The translations under genes were made by a program, and so were the position numbers. A DNA stretch of 64,000 bases from a virus (lineage: Duplodnaviria > Caudoviricetes). Location of the stretch: positions 91,647 to 155,646 of the IMG/VR virus record IMGVR_UViG_3300013121_000013; one strand, 5' to 3'. Positions 1 through 9,525 of the stretch are shown here, piece after piece; the first letter of the stretch is position 1, and each line of letters begins with the position of its first letter. Below the pieces are notes generated by a model, which worked only from the letters and a program-made list of their open reading frames with translations, ran no database searches and was not told the DNA's origin.

Positions 1-86
1 ATGTATCAATTGAAGCTTCACACAGTCCTGCTCCATCTTTTGATATTGATAAGGATGGGCCAAGAATCGTGCATGAAAGTTAAATA

Positions 87-299
87 ATGCAAGCTGAAAT
101 GTCGATCAAAATTCTTAAAGACGGCACTATTAAAGTGATTACTGACGGACCAGTACCAGAAGAACATCACCAAAATGCTGAAGAGTTTTTGTCATTTATT
201 GCCGACAAAGCCGGAGGAGATAGGTCCACTGAGAAACTAAAAGAGCACCACCACTATCATGTTGACGGTACTAGCCACTCTCATGTGCATAAACATTAA
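87..299 (+). CDS. small hypothetical protein with His-rich C-terminus
   Basis: 70 aa ORF following a TAA; tail EHHHYHVDGTSHSHVHKH. Confidence 0.6.
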   Translation: MQAEMSIKILKDGTIKVITDGPVPEEHHQNAEEFLSFIADKAGGDRSTEKLKEHHHYHVDGTSHSHVHKH

Positions 300-326
300 T
301 ATCTAGTTCTTTGTCGGAGAATCAAA

Positions 327-644
327 ATGAGCTTTCGATTCATTAGATGGTGCGTTTGTTATAAAAATGTCGAAGGCAATATCTCCGACGATCAAAGGGA
401 AGAAATTCTTTCTTCCAGTACGTCGGAAAAACATAGGATTCGAATATATAAACTTAGAGGTGCTGGCAAGAAGTTTAAAATTCTTCTCCTTAATCATCAA
501 GATGACGAAGTTCAAAGAGAGCTTGTTATTGCTGGATTGGGCGGAGATCCCTTTCCATGTGTATCGGAAGCTTTAAAGAGTAAGGAGTTTAAACGTGGAG
601 CCACTATTGTAGGTCGTAAATATCCTGCAGATGGGAACGAATGA
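327..644 (+). CDS. hypothetical protein
   Basis: GGAGA RBS-like site before ATG; competes with the 367..576 frame. Confidence 0.4.
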   Translation: MSFRFIRWCVCYKNVEGNISDDQREEILSSSTSEKHRIRIYKLRGAGKKFKILLLNHQDDEVQRELVIAGLGGDPFPCVSEALKSKEFKRGATIVGRKYPADGNE

Positions 645-653
645 ACTAATACG

Positions 654-695
654 TAAGTCCAGGGTTCAAGACTTTCATCTCACACCCTGGACTTA
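654..695. terminator. hairpin between convergent genes (possible bidirectional terminator)
   Basis: TAAGTCCAGGGT ... ACCCTGGACTTA inverted repeat. Confidence 0.5.
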
Positions 696-713
696 TATTT
701 AATAAAATGTCTG

Positions 714-1232
714 TTAAGAGTTAACTGGCACTGAAGATAAGTCAAATGACATTTGATACATATCTTCTCCCGTATCTGTAAAGTGGCCTCTTACTACAGC
801 TGTTGCTTTAAAGCCTAGACTATTAAGAAATAGCTGCGCGTCAAGGTTGGTTTCTCTCATTTCTACTCTAAGCTTAGAGCAATCGGAATCTACCATATAC
901 GAGATGAGCTTTTTTATAAGCTTAGATCCTAGTCCTTTTCTTCTCACATCTGGCCTAACACCAAGATTTATGAGCTGGATTGATCGTCTTCTTACCTCGT
1001 AAATTAAGAAGGCAATTATTTTATTATCAACTTCTATAACCAGACCGTTACAGTGTTTTCTATCTAGACATTTTGCAAAATCTTCTGATGTCCATGGAGA
1101 GCTGAAGCATGTTTGTTCTACTTCTGCAATTCCATGTAAATCGCTCCTCAGCACTAGTCTAGGGCTAGCTTTGTTCAAAAGGTTGTCTATAGTCCTGGTC
1201 GTCATAGAAGACTCCTTTTCTGTGACTCCCAA
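714..1232 (-). CDS. rimI: RimI-like GNAT N-acetyltransferase (copy 1)
   Basis: EQTCFSSPW, NLGVRPDVRRKGLGSKL acetyl-CoA motif, EMRETNLDAQLF; true start probably MTTRT. Confidence 0.8.
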   Translation of the reverse strand: MGVTEKESSMTTRTIDNLLNKASPRLVLRSDLHGIAEVEQTCFSSPWTSEDFAKCLDRKHCNGLVIEVDNKIIAFLIYEVRRRSIQLINLGVRPDVRRKGLGSKLIKKLISYMVDSDCSKLRVEMRETNLDAQLFLNSLGFKATAVVRGHFTDTGEDMYQMSFDLSSVPVNS

Positions 1233-1246
1233 GAAAGTCCACTACA

Positions 1247-2431
1247 CTATTTACGAAGTTTAGCTATTTCTCGAAGACATTCTTTCGTAAGTCGTGTATT
1301 TGATTTATGTGAGGCCTCCTTGGAATATGGTAAGATTCCAACATCTTCGAGTAGTCTGTCAAGTAATGCCGCGTCATTTCTTGGTAGAGTAGATGCAACC
1401 TCCGCCATTTTTTCTGGTGATATCATTAGCCCATCTCTCGATACTTCATTTGCAAAGTCTTCACCTAGTAAATCTTTCAAATCGTGAAGTTTAACTCGTT
1501 TGAAGTCGGCTACTTTATAAACATTTCCAGTTGTTGTCTTACAATGCTGATTCATAAATTCTGACGCTTGTTTCTTTGTGTATTTAAATAAGACATCTTC
1601 TGGAGGAGGTACAACTGGTGAATGAACTATATTATAGTGCCTATCGATTTGATCTATTATAGATGCAATTTTAGTAAGAGATTCATGACATCGAATTTGC
1701 TCTGGTTGTTCTAGGCAAACCTTAGCCATCTTTGCTAGCTCTATCTGCATTTCATTAGGCGAGCTGTTATGATCTCCTATAAGCTTTAATCTATTCCAAA
1801 GAAGCCCAACTACATCTTCAGTAGAGCATCCACCATATCCAGCCTGTTTCTCTAAAAAGTCATCAAGATCTTTTGTGTTAGCTCCAAATTGTGCTGCTTT
1901 TTCTATTATCCTTCTTGATATAATGGCCCTGTCTTCAAATGGGATATTGGATTTGTATTGCTTTAACCATTCAGCAGCAGCTCTGACTTCTTTAGCGTTT
2001 CTAAGAGGATATTTACGATCTGATGTTCCGTTTGGATATTTGACAATTAGAGCGAAGTCGTCGTCATGCAGCTCCATACCTTCAAAAGAAGCGTCCTTTT
2101 GCCATTCTTCTTTCAACTTATCCACAGAACTTTTAATGCCATAAAAAGAGGACATTTTATCTAATGTACCTTCGATCCACGGTCTAACCTTGGCATCAAT
2201 ATGTTCTGAGTTTTTAAGAAAGAAAGCTGTACTCAGCCATGTGGCTGCTTTTGTATGCACTGGAAATCTTTTTCTTCCTGGATCCGCATATGCTCTTGGC
2301 GGCAGATCTTCATCTGGTCCATATAAATCTGATTGAGAAGCCTCTTTCACAAATTGTGGTGGTGAAAATTTTCGCATTATGCGATAAGTATCTTGTCCAC
2401 TGAGATCGCCTGTTTGATCTAAAATATTCAT
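1247..2431 (-). CDS. hypothetical, probable virion/head-associated protein with two ADP..RKYP-type repeats
   Basis: YADPGRKRFPVHTKAA and RKYPLRNAKEVRAA repeats; recurring K-x-A-S motifs; same strand as terminase. Confidence 0.55.
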   Translation of the reverse strand: MNILDQTGDLSGQDTYRIMRKFSPPQFVKEASQSDLYGPDEDLPPRAYADPGRKRFPVHTKAATWLSTAFFLKNSEHIDAKVRPWIEGTLDKMSSFYGIKSSVDKLKEEWQKDASFEGMELHDDDFALIVKYPNGTSDRKYPLRNAKEVRAAAEWLKQYKSNIPFEDRAIISRRIIEKAAQFGANTKDLDDFLEKQAGYGGCSTEDVVGLLWNRLKLIGDHNSSPNEMQIELAKMAKVCLEQPEQIRCHESLTKIASIIDQIDRHYNIVHSPVVPPPEDVLFKYTKKQASEFMNQHCKTTTGNVYKVADFKRVKLHDLKDLLGEDFANEVSRDGLMISPEKMAEVASTLPRNDAALLDRLLEDVGILPYSKEASHKSNTRLTKECLREIAKLRK

Positions 2432-2453
2432 TTATTCCTCCAAAGGATATTAC

Positions 2454-3728
2454 ATGACATCCAATAAAGATAGTAAGACACATAAACCAGAACAGCACCC
2501 AGCGAACCTAAATTCAAAATTAGATTGGAAATTTGTATTCCACAGTATAGGGGTCCAACTTCCATCTGATAAGAATAAAAGAACTCCGATATGGGTACAT
2601 TGTCCGTTATGTAAGGTTCGTAGGGGCCACATCTTCGCTGACTATGTATTTGGAGGCAGCTGGTTCTATTGCACTTGCTGTAAATCTGGAATGGATCTTA
2701 TAGAGTTAGCTGCCGAAGTACTTGGTACAGAACTAGAAAATGCCACAAAGCTATTACTCCCAAATGTTTCAGACGAAGAAATATCTGAATATATTCTACA
2801 GTACCCATATAATAGACGAAAGACTAACCAATTCTGGAAAAATTTAGAAAAGCTATCGCCCGATTCCGATGAAGCTAGTAGAGATTTATTAAAGCAGCTT
2901 GAAATAAAGCTACCTCCAGAACGCCATTGGTATAGCAGACTTGGAAAGTATGTATCTTGTGTAAGATATTCGGATTTGGATCCAGATATCTCTGCATTAG
3001 GTAATATAGATAGTCCTTTTAATAGCTCCAGCTATAGGGGTACTAAGTTTACTGTTTCTTCTCATAAGATAAACAGAGTTGTATGGAAGAACGATAGGTT
3101 ACTTATTGCTCCAGCTAGGGATTTTCCAGGCAGGATATCCAGCTTTTTTGTTTCTGGATTTAAATCTTACTGTAATCAGTTAACATTGCGGAAGCAGTCT
3201 TGGAGAGTTAAACCTTACAGTATGGTTAAGGAGCATAAAACATTAAATATAAGTAGCTATGGATCTACTAAAGTCAGAGTAGAGTCCGGATTTGTAATGG
3301 ACTACACCCTATACGAAGGATTAGACGTTGAGACTGATCTTTGGTGTTTTATAATGCTAGATCCTCTTGCTGCTATAAAGCTTCAATCACATCATATGCA
3401 AACCCAAGAGCGGCCGTTACCAATAGTAGGAGCCATGGTTAATAATTTCTATGGCCCATGGGCTGCCTGGTCTGCTTGGAGGTGGCGAAGAAGAAATAAC
3501 AAGCTTAGAAGAAAATATCTATTTATAGGATCTGAGGATGAAAAAGAAGAGCTTAAGATGCTAGCTAAACTGGCTACAGCTTCTTATAGCGTGCAGCCAG
3601 TAAAAGACATTGACTTTTCTAAGCCAAAAATTTGGCTAAATACAGCTATAGAGGACAAAGTTATGGTAAGACATTCAACTCACGAAAGAATAAATAATCT
3701 AGGGGTAATTCGTGATTGGATTCATTAA
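2454..3728 (+). CDS. primase-type zinc-finger protein (CHC2-like N-terminus, divergent C-terminus)
   Basis: HCPLCK...WFYCTCCKSGMDLIELAAEVLG resembles the DnaG zinc-binding domain. Confidence 0.55.
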   Translation: MTSNKDSKTHKPEQHPANLNSKLDWKFVFHSIGVQLPSDKNKRTPIWVHCPLCKVRRGHIFADYVFGGSWFYCTCCKSGMDLIELAAEVLGTELENATKLLLPNVSDEEISEYILQYPYNRRKTNQFWKNLEKLSPDSDEASRDLLKQLEIKLPPERHWYSRLGKYVSCVRYSDLDPDISALGNIDSPFNSSSYRGTKFTVSSHKINRVVWKNDRLLIAPARDFPGRISSFFVSGFKSYCNQLTLRKQSWRVKPYSMVKEHKTLNISSYGSTKVRVESGFVMDYTLYEGLDVETDLWCFIMLDPLAAIKLQSHHMQTQERPLPIVGAMVNNFYGPWAAWSAWRWRRRNNKLRRKYLFIGSEDEKEELKMLAKLATASYSVQPVKDIDFSKPKIWLNTAIEDKVMVRHSTHERINNLGVIRDWIH

Positions 3729-5617
3729 TAACCTGGCCTATTAAAATAACCGCCCATATTTTCATTATGGTCTATTGGATCATCGAATGTACCCATAGCT
3801 GCTGTTTGTTGGGCATTTAGAACATATCTGGTGTCATTAAACCTTGGCCAGCTGTCCATAGTTTGCCACAGGCTACAGCATCCGATATTTACCGCCTGAG
3901 CAAAGTCATCAGAAAAATTAGGATTTCTCTGGATTGTATATATATCTGATCCGTAGTTTGTTGGAACTTTGTTTTCGTAAAGAGATAAGAAGTCATGAAG
4001 TAGTCCTGGCTGATCGTCATTCTTATAATCGTACTTAAAGAATTTAATAGTTCCCAACTTGATGCAAGTTGATACTAATTGAAGAGATCGAGCTTTGTCT
4101 ACTCTCCATATATTTCTAGGATGTTGAATTGTGGCCGGTACAAATGACATGATATTATGCTTAGCAGATCTTACATATTGGACTGGCACCAGCTGATCTA
4201 GTGTAACAGCGCCGCTCTGTACTAGAAATTGTTCCCTTAGATTTCCAGCACCAGTATAGTCATGTGCTAAAATTTGGCATCCGAACTTTTTAAATACACG
4301 AAGACATTCAGCAGCCTCTGCCATGTGATCGTGTGGAGTTAATAGCCTATTTCCATAGATAACGTGAATATGCCCATTTGGAAGCATAGCTAAGACAGCA
4401 AGAGTAGTAAAGCTAACGCCTTCTTCTCCTCCTCCACCCCAGTCTACAGCTAAAGCTTTAAATCTATATTGACTTAAAACTTTGAGTGCCTCAGCCTCTT
4501 CATTTCTATTGAGCACAGCTGCTTTTTCTAAGTCAGTTTTACTCACAAGCTTGGTTGATTCGTCGCAAGACTCTCCAAGAATTTCGTTATAAAACACAGC
4601 CTTTGTAATATTACCTATACCGGCCATTTTTGAAAGAAGTTCTGACCACTTATCTGGGTCGGTATAGTGGACTGGCATTATTACTTGTGGTACGTGGTAC
4701 CCAGCGAATCTAGCTCTTCTTGAAGGATATTTATGAACCCAAAATCCGGTTCTTGGATCTATTCTTTTTCCGCAACCAGCACAGACTACAGCCGGTCTTG
4801 ATTTTGAAATTCTTTTGTCATATTTGCCAATCATCTTTAATAAATCGTACTCAAGAGCGGCTATATTGTATTTATTACAGCCAGTGCATTTAGTAAACCA
4901 CTCGGCTTGGCTAGATCTAAGCCACAATCCTTCTAGTGTGTTGTCCCTGGTTTTTGGAGTACCAGTGAACTGTGTTAATGCCCATCTTGAGTGAGACATT
5001 GTTTCATTTATGATTGGAATGTGGCCAGCGTCTAAATCTTGCACCTCGTCATAAGCTACTTTATCTGCCTTGATACCTCTAGTTCTATCAGCTGACAATA
5101 AGGCATACGAGAAGTGCATAATAGAATCATTAATAAATGATCTTTGAAGTACCGATTTGTCTGTCTGTGAATTGACCAACATGTTCTTGATAGGTGATTG
5201 AACTATAAACGGATTCACATAATTGTTAGAGAATCTACGAATTTGCTCGTAAAGAGGAGTTACGTATAAAATCTTGAAATTAGGATGTGAGGCGCATGTT
5301 ACAACTCCGTGTGCAGCTATACTTGTTGATTTAGATACCTGTCTACCAGTTTTAAGAACAAGTTTTTTTGGCATCCATAAATCAAACATACTTTCAAATG
5401 GAAAGTGGTCTTTAAGAGTGTATGGACTGCCTTCCAGATTTAGCATTAAAGGAAGAAGCGGTGCTAAAGTTCGTATCTTTCTATTGTTAGATAGAGTTGC
5501 CAAATAGTTAACTTGTCTAAAAATTTCTTCTTTTGACATAGATGGAAGCGAGTTGTCGATGCGCAAGCGAAAATCTCCCGTTAAAAATAAAGAGCATGAA
5601 TTGGTAACTCTTTTCAA
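3725..5617 (-). CDS. terL: terminase large subunit (GpA-like ATPase plus RNase H-fold nuclease)
   Basis: KTGRQVSKST Walker A, AYDEVQD Walker B, FTGTPK coupling motif, CxxC...CxxC, LAVDWGGG nuclease, C-terminal DDFAQA. Confidence 0.88.
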   Translation of the reverse strand: MKRVTNSCSLFLTGDFRLRIDNSLPSMSKEEIFRQVNYLATLSNNRKIRTLAPLLPLMLNLEGSPYTLKDHFPFESMFDLWMPKKLVLKTGRQVSKSTSIAAHGVVTCASHPNFKILYVTPLYEQIRRFSNNYVNPFIVQSPIKNMLVNSQTDKSVLQRSFINDSIMHFSYALLSADRTRGIKADKVAYDEVQDLDAGHIPIINETMSHSRWALTQFTGTPKTRDNTLEGLWLRSSQAEWFTKCTGCNKYNIAALEYDLLKMIGKYDKRISKSRPAVVCAGCGKRIDPRTGFWVHKYPSRRARFAGYHVPQVIMPVHYTDPDKWSELLSKMAGIGNITKAVFYNEILGESCDESTKLVSKTDLEKAAVLNRNEEAEALKVLSQYRFKALAVDWGGGGEEGVSFTTLAVLAMLPNGHIHVIYGNRLLTPHDHMAEAAECLRVFKKFGCQILAHDYTGAGNLREQFLVQSGAVTLDQLVPVQYVRSAKHNIMSFVPATIQHPRNIWRVDKARSLQLVSTCIKLGTIKFFKYDYKNDDQPGLLHDFLSLYENKVPTNYGSDIYTIQRNPNFSDDFAQAVNIGCCSLWQTMDSWPRFNDTRYVLNAQQTAAMGTFDDPIDHNENMGGYFNRPGY

Positions 5618-5812
5618 TATCTTTATGGCCTTCTTTTCTAGCGTATTCGCGTCAATTACAGATATGAAAGACGTAATATCACAAAAAAAGCCCGATATTG
5701 TGCCTGAAAGTAAACAATTCAGGCCTAAGAGTTATGTTAATAAACGACGAGCTATAAAGTAAAAAAATAAATCTTTATAACTTGTTCTAAGTATAACATT
5801 GGAGAATAGATA

Positions 5813-6091
5813 GTGTATAACGATAATTCAGCTGATATGATTTGGCCGTTTGCTTTGTGCCTTATAGCTGGAAGCATGATAGCCACGCTTTTTACTAATT
5901 TATGGATACTTCCTATACTTGCTATTTTATGTATTATGTGCCTCTCCTGGTCATTCGGAAAAGCTCTAGAAAATAACACCGAAACAGAATCAAAGAGTGA
6001 AAATAAAAATGAACCTTCTAGACACGGCTATTCATATAGGCATCCTCGTAGGCGCCGTCATAGCCGTAAGAGACGTCTGGTTCAAAGGTGA
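5813..6091 (+). CDS. small membrane protein
   Basis: two hydrophobic segments followed by a basic tail. Confidence 0.45.
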   Translation: MYNDNSADMIWPFALCLIAGSMIATLFTNLWILPILAILCIMCLSWSFGKALENNTETESKSENKNEPSRHGYSYRHPRRRRHSRKRRLVQR

Positions 6092-6320
6092 GCTAGAACC
6101 AATAGCTACATTAAGAGCTAGGGTAGAACTTATCGACAATAAAGTTGGTTACTTGCTAACTTGTCCTTTATGTCTAACGTATTACATTTCACTTTTATTG
6201 ATATTCTTATACTTTGTTCCAGCTTATTTTGTAGGCGATTGGTATAGATATTTCTTTTACTGGCTCTCAGTTGTCGGATATAGTAATTGTTTTCTTTCAT
6301 GGAATCAATTCTATAAATGA
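5997..6320 (+). CDS. small membrane protein, DUF1360-like
   Basis: hydrophobic helices flanking LLTCPLC. Confidence 0.5.
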   Translation: MKIKMNLLDTAIHIGILVGAVIAVRDVWFKGELEPIATLRARVELIDNKVGYLLTCPLCLTYYISLLLIFLYFVPAYFVGDWYRYFFYWLSVVGYSNCFLSWNQFYK

Positions 6321-6381
6321 GGCCTATTTGAATGTTGTGGCATTGTGTAAGATAGGGTTAATAGTTAAACGATGATATAAA

Positions 6382-6406
6382 AACAGCTGGCAACATGCCA
6401 GCTGTT
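6382..6406. promoter_or_regulatory. inverted repeat upstream of nrdJ
   Basis: AACAGCTGGCA-ACA-TGCCAGCTGTT. Confidence 0.4.
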
Positions 6407-6432
6407 ATAATTAGATACTGATAGGAGAGGCT

Positions 6433-9153
6433 ATGTCAGATCAAAATAAAGATATCGAAGTAAATTATAAAATGAAGCCGTTCTTTGTCGTTGATGAAGT
6501 TGATCCGTCGAAGAAGGTTGAATGGGAACAAAGAAACGTAGTTTTATCGGATGGAAAAGGAAAAGTAATAGCAGAGTTCTCTAATCTTACCTTTCCTAAA
6601 TTTTGGTCTAATAGTGCGTCCAAAATAGTTGCAGATAAGTTTCTAAGAGTTATACCAAGTCTAGGTAGGAAAGAGACATCCGTAGACGAGATGCTCAATA
6701 GGGTTGTCGGTTGGTATAGCGACACAGGGGCAAAATGTGAGTACTTTGACAGTGTAAGAGAACGAAATACGTTCTTTAACGAGTTAAAGTATCTGCTATT
6801 AAACCAATACATGTCCTTTAACAGCCCTGTCTGGTTTAACGTCGGAACCACAGAATCGAGGCCTCCAAGAGTTTCTGCTTGTTTCATATTGGATGTCGAA
6901 GACAGCATGTCTTCAATTTTAAATTGGTATACCGAGGAAGGTCTAGTATTCAAAAAGGGCTCTGGAGCAGGAATTAACTTATCAAAGATAAGATCTTCTT
7001 TCGAGCCTCTAAGCTCTGGAGGAAAGGCTTCTGGACCTGTTTCGTTTATGAGAGGCGCAGATGCCTCTGCAGGAGCTATTAAATCTGGTGGTGCTACTAG
7101 AAGAGCGGCCAAGATGTGCGTTCTTAATGTAGACCATCCAGATATAGAAGAATTTATAGAATGTAAATCTCATGAAGAGAAGAAAGCAAGAGCTTTAAGG
7201 GCCGCTGGCTTTGATATGAATCTTGGAGGTAAAGACCTTTATTCGATTCAATATCAGAACGCCAATAATTCTGTTGGTTTGACTAATGAGTTCTTTAAAG
7301 CCTATGAAAAAGATAAGGATTGGCAGTTATTAGGTGTAAGAGATAAGGTCGTCTACAAGACAGTTAAAGCGCGTGCTCTTATGCGAAAAATCGCACAAGC
7401 TGCATGGGAGTGCGCCGATCCGGGTGTATTCTATTTAAACAATATGAATTATTGGCATACATCGCCAGAGCTAGGCCAGATTGACGCGACCAATCCTTGC
7501 GGCGAGTTCGTAAGACCACCAAATACTTCCTGTAATTTGGCTTCATTAAGACTAACAAAATTTTATGATCCAGATTCTGACAAATTCTTAATAGATAGAT
7601 TCATAGAAGCTGTTAGAACGACTATTACGGCTATGGATATTTCTGTTTCTAATGCAGAGTATCCAACTGAAAAGATTAAAGAAACTGTGAATAACTATCG
7701 AGAATTGGGTCTCGGATTTACAGATCTAGGTGCATTACTTATGCAAATGGGCATTGCATATGATTCAGATGAGGGTAGAACCCTAACTGCGCTTATTACA
7801 GCACTGATGACAGGAGTAGCATATGCCCAATCTGCTAGGCTTTCTGCTGGTTTGGGGCCTTACCCGGGATGGGCTCTTGAAAACAACAAAAAGGCACACC
7901 TGGAAGTAATTGGAAAGCATATTAAAGCTTTAAAGTCTCTAAAAGCTTCCTGCTCAGCATCTGGGCTTTACAACAAGTCTAAACTCTTTGCTGAGTTGCA
8001 TTCTGTTGCCATGTCATACTGGATAGAAGCTCAAATAAATGGAACTTCATATGGCTTTAGAAATGCTCAAGTCACCCTAATAGCGCCTACTGGTACTATA
8101 TCGTTCATGATGGACGCCGACACTACCGGAATAGAGCCAGACTTTTCTCTTGTAAAGTTTAAGAAGGTAGTAGATGGCAGCTTAATGAAGATTGTTAATC
8201 AATCTGTACCTATAGCTCTAAAGAGACTTGGATATAGCGAGATTGAGCAGTATGAAATTGCAAAGCACATCCATGACACAGGATCAGCTGTTAGAGCCCC
8301 TCACTTGAAGAGGGAACATGTGAGTGTATTTGATTGTGCTGTTGGGGACAATGCAATTTCTTATCATGGCCATCTAAAGATGATGGCGGCTGTTCAGCCA
8401 TTCCTATCAGGAGCTATATCCAAAACCATAAATCTTCCGAATAATATATCTGTAGAGGAGATAGAAGAGATATATGTTATAGGAAATGAATTTGGTCTTA
8501 AGAATTTGGCTCTTTATAGAGATGGGTGTAAAGCAGAGCAAGTATTACATACAAATATCAATATCGACGAAGATAAAGGCAAAGATAAGCCTAATGTAGT
8601 TTCTGTTAAAGCTCAAAGAGTAAAGCTTCCAAAGCAAAGAAGAGGAACCACCACATCGTTTAACGTAGATGGATGTGAAGGCTATATTAGAACTGGAGAA
8701 TTTCCAGACGGTTCTCTTGGAGAAGTATTTATAGATGTATCCAAGCAAGGAAGTACTTTATCTGGCTTAATGGACGTATTTGCAATATCTGTGTCTTTAG
8801 GACTTCAGCATGGTGTGCCTCTTGAGGCGTATGTTGAGAAGTTCATAAGTCAAAAGTTTGCTCCTGCTGGCATGACCACTGATCCTGATTTCTCTATAGC
8901 ACAATCTCTTCCAGATTATATTTTTAGAAGGCTGGCTGCGGATTATCTTGGAGAACAGACAAGACACTCTATAGGAGTTAAAACTAACAAAGAGAGGGTA
9001 TTGGAGTTAGATACGTTACAAGAGTATAAAGAGTTAGACTCTAAACAAAAATTATCAGATGCCCCGATTTGCAACACGTGTGGTGTTGCGATGCGTGCCG
9101 CTGGTTCATGCTTTTGTTGTGAAGAGTGTGGAGCCACTAGCGGTTGTTCGTAA
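6433..9153 (+). CDS. nrdJ: class II (adenosylcobalamin-dependent) ribonucleotide reductase with C-terminal TSCPD domain and Zn ribbon
   Basis: FNSPVWFN, SACFI, GGATRRAAKM, TNPCGE, CNLAS, APTGTIS, GAISKTINLP, terminal CxxC...CEECGATSGCS. Confidence 0.95.
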   Translation: MSDQNKDIEVNYKMKPFFVVDEVDPSKKVEWEQRNVVLSDGKGKVIAEFSNLTFPKFWSNSASKIVADKFLRVIPSLGRKETSVDEMLNRVVGWYSDTGAKCEYFDSVRERNTFFNELKYLLLNQYMSFNSPVWFNVGTTESRPPRVSACFILDVEDSMSSILNWYTEEGLVFKKGSGAGINLSKIRSSFEPLSSGGKASGPVSFMRGADASAGAIKSGGATRRAAKMCVLNVDHPDIEEFIECKSHEEKKARALRAAGFDMNLGGKDLYSIQYQNANNSVGLTNEFFKAYEKDKDWQLLGVRDKVVYKTVKARALMRKIAQAAWECADPGVFYLNNMNYWHTSPELGQIDATNPCGEFVRPPNTSCNLASLRLTKFYDPDSDKFLIDRFIEAVRTTITAMDISVSNAEYPTEKIKETVNNYRELGLGFTDLGALLMQMGIAYDSDEGRTLTALITALMTGVAYAQSARLSAGLGPYPGWALENNKKAHLEVIGKHIKALKSLKASCSASGLYNKSKLFAELHSVAMSYWIEAQINGTSYGFRNAQVTLIAPTGTISFMMDADTTGIEPDFSLVKFKKVVDGSLMKIVNQSVPIALKRLGYSEIEQYEIAKHIHDTGSAVRAPHLKREHVSVFDCAVGDNAISYHGHLKMMAAVQPFLSGAISKTINLPNNISVEEIEEIYVIGNEFGLKNLALYRDGCKAEQVLHTNINIDEDKGKDKPNVVSVKAQRVKLPKQRRGTTTSFNVDGCEGYIRTGEFPDGSLGEVFIDVSKQGSTLSGLMDVFAISVSLGLQHGVPLEAYVEKFISQKFAPAGMTTDPDFSIAQSLPDYIFRRLAADYLGEQTRHSIGVKTNKERVLELDTLQEYKELDSKQKLSDAPICNTCGVAMRAAGSCFCCEECGATSGCS

Positions 9154-9172
9154 TTTCAAAGAGGTAAAAATA

Positions 9173-9493
9173 ATGTCTAAGCCACGTTCTAGCGTTGTCC
9201 CGACCACTAATAACAAGGTTAACACGGAAAAGAGTGAGTTCAGTATTAATGTCGTAGTGACTCGCACTTCTCGTGTTTCTATGGATAACCTGGCTGTAGA
9301 GCTCACTAATATGATCAAGAGTAAGATCATGGAACTGGCCAGTAAGGCTGGCTTTAAAGGCGGGTATGAGATGAAGGTTGGTCGAGGCTATTTCCGCAGG
9401 CTAAAAAATGATCAACAGTCTATGTCAAAAAAGCAAACTCGTCGAGAAAAAAAGCCTTCTGTCAGTGAGCAGGTCACTGAAACCCAAGTCTGA
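9173..9493 (+). CDS. hypothetical protein
   Basis: GAGG RBS before ATG (MSKPRSS) within track ORF 9059..9493. Confidence 0.55.
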   Translation: MSKPRSSVVPTTNNKVNTEKSEFSINVVVTRTSRVSMDNLAVELTNMIKSKIMELASKAGFKGGYEMKVGRGYFRRLKNDQQSMSKKQTRREKKPSVSEQVTETQV

Positions 9494-9525
9494 TCAACAT
9501 CTACTGACAATTTAGTATTTGTAGA

